Positions 1 through 7,757 of a stretch of DNA of 15,846 nt are shown in pieces. Each line of letters begins with the position of its first letter. The stretch's first letter is position 1. The position numbers and the translations under genes were made by a program. The stretch lies in contig JAWAQK010000053.1 of NCBI GenBank assembly GCA_038893995.1, positions 1-15,846 on the forward strand, read 5' to 3'. The notes beneath the pieces were generated by a model. That model was not told the DNA's origin. It made no database searches and saw only the letters and a list, made by a program, of their open reading frames with translations. Source of the stretch: Candidatus Thorarchaeota archaeon (GTDB lineage: Archaea > Asgardarchaeota > Thorarchaeia > Thorarchaeales > Thorarchaeaceae).

Positions 1-3000
1 GCAATCTCGTAGTACTGCTTGGTGAAGTATATGGCAATGTCCCGAGGCGCCAGACCTGCATGTACAAACGTGCTGTTCAGCACGAACGAGTATGTGCCAT
101 CCCCGTTGTCGATGAAGGTCCCGACGACAGACTCGACGCTGTACTCTCCGAGTGCGCCAGGAACAGGCACATCATTGTGCGCGTCATAGAACATGACGGT
201 GAACGTGACATTGCGACCGTAGTATACACTGACCAACGGAGAACCAACGAAGACAATTCGAGTTGGAACTCGTTTCACCTGTATGAATGCCTGATTGCTG
301 GCCGGTCGGTATCCGTCCTTGCCAGAATACACTAGAATCGTGTAGTACCTCGTCTCAAGGAGACCTGTGGGTACGAGTGCGCGGTAGTAGCCATCTCCCA
401 GTTCACTGAACTGTCCAGTGACGTTTCCGACACTGAAGGAGATAGTCGCTCCGAGGACTGGCAGGTTCAGGTCTGTGTTGTTCAGGTACACCGTTACGAC
501 GGCGTAATCGCCCCAGATGACGATGCTCGAAATGTCGTGCACAACGAGATTGGTTTCGATGATCTTGATCTCCAGTACCAAGACAACTGTGACGGTCCTA
601 TAGTTGGCTGACGAGGCCTGTATCATTATCGAGTGGCTACCCACGGGAACGTTCTCGACGAGAATATAGCCAACGTATCTAGAGATAGAGGCATTCCAGT
701 AGAGCTTTCCTGTGCCACCGACCCAACTGAAGGTCAATACACCCTGAGAGATAGTATCGTTGGTCGACTCTGCCACGTAGTCAGCCATGACCATCACTGT
801 CTGGCCGTTCACTGCTGCTGGAGACGCCAGAGCGGCAGAGAGGACCGACGACTGCTTGAGTACCCGCACGAGAAAGCCCTTGATCAGGAGCTCATGATTG
901 ATCTTCGAGACACGTACCGACAGTATGAGGTCTCCCGCTTCAAATGCTCCAGTGTCAATTGTACAGTTGTAGAGACCGCCCCCCAGCTCTTGTACAGTCA
1001 AGTTGACATTGCCGAAGACCGCTAGGACCGTAGCACCGATTATCGGTAGACCACTCCTGCGGTCCGTCACGTTCAGAGTCACATGCAGACGATCGCCAAA
1101 TGTGGGCGTTGAGGGGAGGAACGTAGCCTGGACGCTCAGCGGGATTGCAGCAATCTGAACCTCGACATCCACAGACCTGTTGACATAGAGGTACTTCGAG
1201 GCACTTATCGAGAAACCATAGGAGGTCGCGTTCAGGCCAGCAGTGTCAATCGTCAGCCGATAGATACCGCCTCCTACCTCTGCCATCGAGGCACCGCCCC
1301 CATACAACGCGTTCCAGTTGGTCTGGACCTGAGCACCCTCTATGCCAATGCCGTTTGAAATCACAGAGAATGAGATGTTGATACTTATGATGTCTCCAAG
1401 GTAATAGACTGCGCCTGGGATGAGAATCAGTCTGAGGTCCGTAGCGGCAGGATTGACCTGGATGTAGAACACGATGCCGGAGCGGTTCTGGTAGAACGGT
1501 GATCCGGACCATCTTAGCTCCGCAACAAACTCGTAACGACCAAGTCCGTACTGGAGAGAGTTCGTATCGACTATCAGTGTGTACGTACCGTCGCCATTGT
1601 CCACAGTCCAGCTGACAATCGAGCTGTCGTTCGTGCAGACAAGGCTCACTGATGCACCTCGTATGCCAGTACCACGGAGGTAGTCATAGTATCCGAGCTT
1701 GGCAGTGGCGTTGTAGTAGTAGTCTGCAGCAGGCGCAGAGACGACGCTTGCAAAGGTGAACCTGCTGATGGTAGTCACATCCGTGCCAGCCGTTCCGTTA
1801 GAGTAGTACGGCGCAGTATTTCCCCAGACGATCATTATGATGAGGGGGTGGTCACTCACGAGCCTCGTGGACAGCAGGGTCGAATTCATCCTGATGACAT
1901 AGCCCGATTCGCTCTTCACAAGGCTGAAATCAGAGGGCCCCAGCAACAGACCCGGACCGTGGTAGATGTATAGCATGGACTTGCCGATCGTCAGGGAGTT
2001 TCCGTTGAGAGCATCTAACACGGTGATCTCCAGTGAGATGTTGTCAAGGTAGGGAGTGTTCAATGGCGACCTGACGACTGTGACTGTCAGAGGTCTGCGG
2101 ATAACCACCGCGACCACGTCACGATATCTTGTCTGGTAGTAGGGAACTCCTGACCTACCTGCCGTGATGTGTATCACGTATTCGCCGAAATTGCCCAGGG
2201 CCGTAGTCTCTATTCGTATCTCATACCTCCCATTTCCGAGATAATAGACATAATAGTTCGAGCCCAGTACAAGCGGCGAAGTGGAGTTATCACACTCGGC
2301 CGTGACCGATGCCCCCGCAATCCCCGCACCCGTCGAATCGTCAATGTATACCACTGTGATATTTGCAAGGGAGAGGTACGGTGCAGAGTCGGGCACCAGT
2401 GCGGTCAGCTGGGTCGCCCGAGTTGTTATCGTGATGTAGAATATGTCCACGGCGTCTGTACAGTATCGTGTTCCAGAATAGTGGATTGTCACGTTGATCA
2501 TGAAGACGCCTGTCGAACCGAATGCAGATGTGGCGAGTGTCAGACGGTAAGTACCGTCGAGGTTATCAACCACGGAGTATTGCCCTGCAAGCCAGGCATC
2601 GAGAGTCAAAGTAGACCCAGCAATTCCACTCACCGGCGAATCGTCCAAGTCACTGTAAGTGAACACTACTACGATGCTGTCAAGATACTGTGCTGGTGAG
2701 TATGCGCCATGGGTGAGGCTCGTCTGGCGCTCACGGACTACTACCGATATGGGGATGCCTGTCTGGTTCCTGTAGTAGGGCTCTCCGTACCAGAGAATAC
2801 TGACATGAAACACACGAGTACCTGGCGGCCAGGAAGCACTGTTTATCTGGATGATGATCACCCCGCCCAATGACGGAGAGGCAAACACCGTGTAAGAGAT
2901 CGGTTCCGTGAGATAGACCGATATCTTTCCCACTTGTGGAATGACCGGTAGTCCTGTGTATACATCTCTGAAGACAATCGAGACATTGAACATCGTGTCA

Positions 3001-4661
3001 TAGGGAATAACAGGGATAGCCTGAATGTCCACGACTGTGTTGCGGCTCGCAGTATAGACTGTGATCGTGATAGTCCTGTTTTCGTAGAGTGGTAGTTGTC
3101 CCTTGGTCCAGTTGAACATTATCTTGAACTGACAGGCACCCAAACCCTCCAGGAGCGACGTATTGAATCGGAACAGGTACCTACCGGGAGTAGACATCGG
3201 GTCCAGTTCCGCGATGATCATCATGCTCTGAGTGATCGTCTGCCCAGGCGTCAGCACTACCACATAGATGTGCACATGCCCTGGGTAGGGGCCCGTAGTG
3301 TTGGCGATTCCAGATGCGGCCTCTACGTCAAGGTAGACAAGTACAAAGCTGACGTTCTCACCATAGGGCGTGACTGGGGGATTCTGATCGACATAGAGAT
3401 ACGTGGGCGCACCAGTGACTCGCACCGATGTGACGATCTGGCGATCATAATACTTCTCAGTCGGACCAGTCCACTCCACGTAGATCGTCAAGTCCTTGGT
3501 ACCGATGGACCCCCACTGGTCAGCGGGCATGATCACCAGATACTCCCCGGGAGCACTCCCATTGAACACAGAGAAGATCACAGTTGCCAGACCAGGAGAC
3601 TCTACATAGATGCGCACATAGTAACCAACTGTACTGCCGTTCTCAATTCCGACGCCTGCATCAACATCGTAGTACACCACGGTGAATCTGATGTCTGCCG
3701 TGTAGGACGTGGGAAGTATCGAGTTCAGCAGATAGAACGAGGTGAGGTGGGTCCTCAGGACCACTGTCAGATAGAATGTGTGATTCTGCGCACCATACCT
3801 GCTCACGCTGACCATCACAACGTAGGAACCTAGGACATCGGTGTCGAGGGACAGGATACTGACATTGTAGACACCGGGTGTCGACGTCTCCCGCACGGAG
3901 TAGGAGCCATGTGAGCCAGTCCAGTTCAACTGGAACGCGCTGGCAGCGCCCGATATGGGGACTGAATGGTCCGTGTCGGTGTAGGTGACAGTGAACCATG
4001 ATTCGTAACCGACGGGCACTGAGACCAGACTCGTTGAGGGGATGGCAGACGTATACAGCTCGCGAACCCGCACCGACAGTATGATGGTACGTGACTCGAC
4101 AAAGCTCTTCTTGGCAGTGATGCTCACCTTGTAGTATCCAAGGGGCACATTGTCGGTCTCCAGTTCAAGAACGTACTGACCAGGCTGACCGACGACGGGA
4201 GTGACCTGATAGTTATCGAGAGACCAGTTACATGAGATCATGGCTCCTGTGATTCCCTGACCAAGCTGGTCCTTGAACTGAAGGCGGAGTTCGGCGTCGT
4301 ATCCCCTCGGAATCGCCACTCCTGGAGCATCTGGAGACATGAGTTCAGACTGGAGAATCACGTTTAGGGTAAATACGCGATATATGCTGTCATAGTACGA
4401 CTTTGACCAGCTGAGTGAAACCTGGAATCCGCCCCCAGAGGACAATACGGATGTGTCGAGAGGCACTGCATATTCGCCCGTGCCTAGGTCGCTGACAACT
4501 CCTGAACCGCCAGCCCATGAATACGTCATCACGCCACCAGGTAGGAATGAGCCCGTGTCCGAATCACTTACCCTGAGTTGAAGTAGCACGACAGACCGAT
4601 ATGTCGTGTTGTAGGACCACTGTCCCTCAACGGGATATCGCACGGTCATGCTGGTGGAATG
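1..4661 (-). repeat. Array of at least 15 divergent ~100-120 aa Ig-like beta-sandwich repeats within the giant protein
   Basis: Recurring pattern: T-x-L ... PY(G/L/D) ... hydrophobic strand-Y-x-D ... (P/G)I-x-GA ... D/E-x-G-x-G-x-Y-x-h-x-h-(D/N)-T ... (K/P)-x-Y. Examples are DNGDGTY at 90-110 and 1581-1601 and DNLDGTY at 2547-2567. The repetition is at protein level; I saw no long exact DNA repeats. The Ig fold is inferred from the pattern. Confidence 0.8.
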
Positions 4662-7379
4662 GTGCACTGCAAAGGCCCTGCGGAAATAGCCCACATTCCT
4701 GACAGATTCGCTGGAGGCCGCATCCACAGCAAAGGCCTGCACCTCCCACGAGCCTACTGATGCATTGAGAGCACCAAGAGTGACAGTTGTGGTGGTGGCA
4801 ATTCCAGAGGGGTCAACGGTAGCCTGAAGTGTCTTCCACACAGCCCCAGCGGGGTCGTACACGACGAAGACCACATTCCGAGATGCATATTCTGGGGACA
4901 GTACTGCCCTGAATCTGGTGACACTGTTTGCACGGAATACTGCTGTCTTCGTCCACGATGAACTCCCCGAGTTCCAGACCAGCACGCTAGATATGATGTT
5001 GGGCGAACTACCCTTGATATACCAGAACCCGTTCTGTGCAGTCCTAGTCACCTGGTACACTGAAACGTTCAGCGCCCCGTCTCCAGGATCACCAAGTGAC
5101 CAACCGCGAGTAAGGTTGACATAACGATATCTTGGTTCGGCCACGTAGTCTATGTCGCGATTGAGCGGAAGTGAGACGTTGAAGAAGAAGTAGTTGCCAT
5201 ATCCCCCGGGGACAGCGACGTAGTGGTTGGTCTCCCACCGAACGCGAGTGGCATTCTGCACGTAGTAGTTGTCACCCGTGGTGAAGTACTCGGTGTTATT
5301 GATCGAGGCTATATTGTGTCTCCTTGCACTCACCGTCACAGTGGCATCCATCTCGACCCAGATGGGCAGATTTGGATCTGGAGGATAGGGGGACGGGCTC
5401 CAGGAGAAGTTAGCGAATGCCAGGCCATTTGTCCAAGGCACACTAGGAACGTATGTGACCGTGCCCAGCCCGAACACTGGACTGCCGCCCTGCATCACAT
5501 TCTGGACGTTCACTCCATTCATCCTGAGGCTCAGGCTGCTGGGGGTCGCCTTGGCCTTGATGTACAGGACAATGTTGTCCAGTCGTCCCTCAGGACGTAT
5601 GTCAGGATCTCTGTACCACTCTGAGGCGGTCACACGCAGTCCTGCCATGAATGGAACATTCGGCGTGGTTATCATATTCGGGTCAACTGAGATGAGTCTC
5701 GTCGAATACCAGGTTCGAGTCAGTGGTATTGAGTCGAACTTGCGACTCCACAAGTAGCTCCCGCCTGCGTCTGGGTCTCCTATTGACGCAAATAGCTCGA
5801 AGAAACCGGTCATGTAGTTGGACCAGCCCCGGCAGTCTGCGTAGAAATCGAGAGAAAGTCCAGCCCACGTGACTTGCCCTCTGTCTACGTACAGTTGCTG
5901 CCGTACGAAGGCCTTGTCGCCAGGATTGTACCAGAATCCGTACAGTCCACTACCGGCGTCGTGCCAGTAGCCATCGATCTGGAATACCGACGAGGGGTTG
6001 CCGGTCCCGTGGCCATCGCTCAGCCAGTTGGCATCCATCCTACCGAACCCCCCTGCCTCGGCCACGTACACATTGCCAGTGGACGACACTGCGATACCTG
6101 TGCCAAATCGTATGTTGTTGTTCCCAGTGCCATCGGTACCCCACCGGCCCGAATATGTCCCTGTTGATGTGAAATACTGGACTCGATGGTTGCCAAGATC
6201 ATTCACATAGATTCTAGTACCATCAGCATTGACTGCAACACCCATGGGAGTACGGAACTGACCATTTCCACCCCCTCCATTGGCGACATATGAGCCAATG
6301 TAACTCTGGTAAGTGCCAGTACTGGAGAAGCGAATGACTCGATTGTTGCTCGAGTCCGCAACAATGACTTGCCCCTGCTGTGTACCAGCAGGAATGACTG
6401 CAATTCCGGTCGGCATCCTGAACTGGTTGGTCCCGGTACCAGAAGACCCCCACCCACCCTGCCATACACCCTGGGTATTGAAGTACTGTACCCGATCGTT
6501 GCCAGTATCCGTCACGTACAGATATCCATTGACGTTGTTATACGCAATCCCGGTGGGTGATCGAAACTCTCCATTGTCTACCCCTGAGGAACCCCACTGT
6601 CTCTGATACACGCCCTGTGAGTTGAAGACCTGAATGCGGTCATTGCCCGAGTCAACAACGTAGATCAATCCGCTCCCATCCACTGCAATCCCGGTGGGAC
6701 GATTGAACTGGCCATTACCGGTCCCGAAGCTGCCCCACTGCCGAATGAAAGATCCTGTGCTTGAGAAGACCTGAATCCTGTTGTTCTGAGTGTCAGCGAC
6801 ATAGATGTTGCCTGAGCTGTCAAAGGCAATGCCCCACGGGTCAATAAACTGACCAGCGCTGCTACCCCTAGACCCCCACATGCCGACGTGGGTACCTGTC
6901 GACGTGAAATAGTGGATCCGATTGTTCCCGTTGAACCAGCCCTCGCGGTACGATGTGCCGAACGACCAGACCGAGTCGTCCGTGAACTGGTAGTTGGTCA
7001 GCCAGGTCCTGTTCTCTGTTATGCTAGATATGCTCGCGTTCACTCTGTACCCCTCCCAGTCGTCGCCTAGCGGTACAGAGAGGCTCGCCGTGGTGAGGCT
7101 CCCTGGTGAGTACTTCATCCGCACACTCTGAAACAGGTCGGTCCTCGTACCGTACTCAGATGCGTAGAGGGGAGCGCCTGTCCCGGCAACACTGGTCGGG
7201 ACTGAGGAGATCTCGTACTTCAGGAGCACTTCATCTGGCGCAACCTCGATGAAGTCGCCATTGCCCAGGTCGACCAGAGTGGGTGACCCTGTATACCCAA
7301 CTGGGCCAGAATCAAGAGATGAGACAATGATCATGGGAACTAGAATCAGGATAGCGAGCAGAGCTGTACTGAATCTCAC
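1..7379 (-). CDS. Giant secreted/cell-surface protein (>2459 aa, 3'-truncated by the window): signal peptide, NHL beta-propeller, jelly-roll-like domain, >=15 Ig-like repeats
   Basis: Manual minus-strand translation gives one stop-free frame from GTG 7379 to the window edge. It begins MRFSTALLAILILVPMIIVSS (basic residue plus hydrophobic core). A GGAGG Shine-Dalgarno-like motif lies 9 nt upstream. Alternative starts are TTG 7385 and GTG 7415; the upstream in-frame TGA is at 7431-7433. It contains clear NHL repeats, beta-rich repeats and many N-x-S/T sequons. It has no stop in the window, which explains its absence from the ORF track. Confidence 0.95.
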   Translation of the reverse strand, partial: MRFSTALLAILILVPMIIVSSLDSGPVGYTGSPTLVDLGNGDFIEVAPDEVLLKYEISSVPTSVAGTGAPLYASEYGTRTDLFQSVRMKYSPGSLTTASLSVPLGDDWEGYRVNASISSITENRTWLTNYQFTDDSVWSFGTSYREGWFNGNNRIHYFTSTGTHVGMWGSRGSSAGQFIDPWGIAFDSSGNIYVADTQNNRIQVFSSTGSFIRQWGSFGTGNGQFNRPTGIAVDGSGLIYVVDSGNDRIQVFNSQGVYQRQWGSSGVDNGEFRSPTGIAYNNVNGYLYVTDTGNDRVQYFNTQGVWQGGWGSSGTGTNQFRMPTGIAVIPAGTQQGQVIVADSSNNRVIRFSSTGTYQSYIGSYVANGGGGNGQFRTPMGVAVNADGTRIYVNDLGNHRVQYFTSTGTYSGRWGTDGTGNNNIRFGTGIAVSSTGNVYVAEAGGFGRMDANWLSDGHGTGNPSSVFQIDGYWHDAGSGLYGFWYNPGDKAFVRQQLYVDRGQVTWAGLSLDFYADCRGWSNYMTGFFELFASIGDPDAGGSYLWSRKFDSIPLTRTWYSTRLISVDPNMITTPNVPFMAGLRVTASEWYRDPDIRPEGRLDNIVLYIKAKATPSSLSLRMNGVNVQNVMQGGSPVFGLGTVTYVPSVPWTNGLAFANFSWSPSPYPPDPNLPIWVEMDATVTVSARRHNIASINNTEYFTTGDNYYVQNATRVRWETNHYVAVPGGYGNYFFFNVSLPLNRDIDYVAEPRYRYVNLTRGWSLGDPGDGALNVSVYQVTRTAQNGFWYIKGSSPNIISSVLVWNSGSSSWTKTAVFRANSVTRFRAVLSPEYASRNVVFVVYDPAGAVWKTLQATVDPSGIATTTTVTLGALNASVGSWEVQAFAVDAASSESVRNVGYFRRAFAVHHSTSMTVRYPVEGQWSYNTTYRSVVLLQLRVSDSDTGSFLPGGVMTYSWAGGSGVVSDLGTGEYAVPLDTSVLSSGGGFQVSLSWSKSYYDSIYRVFTLNVILQSELMSPDAPGVAIPRGYDAELRLQFKDQLGQGITGAMISCNWSLDNYQVTPVVGQPGQYVLELETDNVPLGYYKVSITAKKSFVESRTIILSVRVRELYTSAIPSTSLVSVPVGYESWFTVTYTDTDHSVPISGAASAFQLNWTGSHGSYSVRETSTPGVYNVSILSLDTDVLGSYVVMVSVSRYGAQNHTFYLTVVLRTHLTSFYLLNSILPTSYTADIRFTVVYYDVDAGVGIENGSTVGYYVRIYVESPGLATVIFSVFNGSAPGEYLVIMPADQWGSIGTKDLTIYVEWTGPTEKYYDRQIVTSVRVTGAPTYLYVDQNPPVTPYGENVSFVLVYLDVEAASGIANTTGPYPGHVHIYVVVLTPGQTITQSMMIIAELDPMSTPGRYLFRFNTSLLEGLGACQFKIMFNWTKGQLPLYENRTITITVYTASRNTVVDIQAIPVIPYDTMFNVSIVFRDVYTGLPVIPQVGKISVYLTEPISYTVFASPSLGGVIIIQINSASWPPGTRVFHVSILWYGEPYYRNQTGIPISVVVRERQTSLTHGAYSPAQYLDSIVVVFTYSDLDDSPVSGIAGSTLTLDAWLAGQYSVVDNLDGTYRLTLATSAFGSTGVFMINVTIHYSGTRYCTDAVDIFYITITTRATQLTALVPDSAPYLSLANITVVYIDDSTGAGIAGASVTAECDNSTSPLVLGSNYYVYYLGNGRYEIRIETTALGNFGEYVIHITAGRSGVPYYQTRYRDVVAVVIRRPLTVTVVRSPLNTPYLDNISLEITVLDALNGNSLTIGKSMLYIYHGPGLLLGPSDFSLVKSESGYVIRMNSTLLSTRLVSDHPLIIMIVWGNTAPYYSNGTAGTDVTTISRFTFASVVSAPAADYYYNATAKLGYYDYLRGTGIRGASVSLVCTNDSSIVSWTVDNGDGTYTLIVDTNSLQYGLGRYEFVAELRWSGSPFYQNRSGIVFYIQVNPAATDLRLILIPGAVYYLGDIISINISFSVISNGIGIEGAQVQTNWNALYGGGASMAEVGGGIYRLTIDTAGLNATSYGFSISASKYLYVNRSVDVEVQIAAIPLSVQATFLPSTPTFGDRLHVTLNVTDRRSGLPIIGATVLAVFGNVNLTVQELGGGLYNCTIDTGAFEAGDLILSVRVSKINHELLIKGFLVRVLKQSSVLSAALASPAAVNGQTVMVMADYVAESTNDTISQGVLTFSWVGGTGKLYWNASISRYVGYILVENVPVGSHSIMIQASSANYRTVTVVLVLEIKIIETNLVVHDISSIVIWGDYAVVTVYLNNTDLNLPVLGATISFSVGNVTGQFSELGDGYYRALVPTGLLETRYYTILVYSGKDGYRPASNQAFIQVKRVPTRIVFVGSPLVSVYYGRNVTFTVMFYDAHNDVPVPGALGEYSVESVVGTFIDNGDGTYSFVLNSTFVHAGLAPRDIAIYFTKQYYEI
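6054..6929 (-). repeat. Six NHL repeats (six-bladed beta-propeller) within the giant protein, approx. aa 151-442
   Basis: Six G(I/V)A motifs: DPWGIAF, RPTGIAV, SPTGIAY, MPTGIAV, TPMGVAV, FGTGIAV. Six N-x-R-(I/V) motifs: NNRIHYF, NNRIQVF, NDRIQVF, NDRVQYF, NNRVIRF, NHRVQYF. They are joined by WGSxGxGxGQF-type segments, matching the NHL consensus. Confidence 0.95.
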
Positions 7380-7446
7380 CGGCAACTTCCTCCACTGCGT
7401 GTGCGGAGTACCCACGATGGGCTGTTCACATCATTCGGGATAGGGA

Positions 7447-7456
7447 GTAATAAAGC
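7447..7456 (-). promoter_or_regulatory. Putative archaeal TATA box for the giant surface-protein gene
   Basis: The minus strand reads GCTTTATTAC, an AT-rich element in GC-rich context, about 35 nt above GTG 7415 and 70 nt above GTG 7379. Confidence 0.45.
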
Positions 7457-7757
7457 ATGCCCCGCTCACAGGCCTTCGAAAAATCGATGGGCGATTGTAG
7501 CCGTGCCTGGTCTGGCAGAGGGGGATCCGCAGTTCCATCTTGGCTTGCCATTGACTCGCGATCCTCTGATAGCGATCAGCAAGACAGACCAATGTCATAG
7601 AACTGCCCACGATATCTCCGCCAACTGAGTATCGCAGATATCACCTCAGTCCAAGCCCTGGCAATGAAAATGAGCAGAGTCTGATGTGCCCACTGCCCCC
7701 TGTGCTGGGGAGAGGCACCGGAACAGTGGGCCATGTTTCCGGAGTCTGGGTTGCGGG

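Noticed and set aside
6040-6290. Possible frameshifts at the C-runs near 6048-6053 and 6271-6275
   Set aside because: Recounting the homopolymers keeps the frame (ANGGGGNGQF; AEAGGFG). The start codon and the window-edge codons are in the same frame.
1-7379. Teneurin/RHS-like toxin interpretation (NHL plus beta repeats)
   Set aside because: No YD/RHS repeats or RHS core motif in the visible part. The repeats are ~100-aa sandwich-type units.
60-7628. Many listed ORFs on the + strand (e.g. 2169-2699, 3096-3833, 5223-5624) and short off-frame minus ORFs
   Set aside because: They are antisense or off-frame shadows of the giant minus-strand CDS. Their translations are Arg/His/Asp-rich and have no motifs.
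7686-7735. CCACTG-stem-GGGGAGAGGC resembling part of a cobalamin riboswitch; also considered SRP RNA, RNase P RNA and SECIS
   Set aside because: The other conserved B12-element segments, the SRP helix-8 motif and the RNase P motifs are not visible. There is no + strand gene downstream. Reading through the peptidase TGA gives nothing selenoprotein-like.
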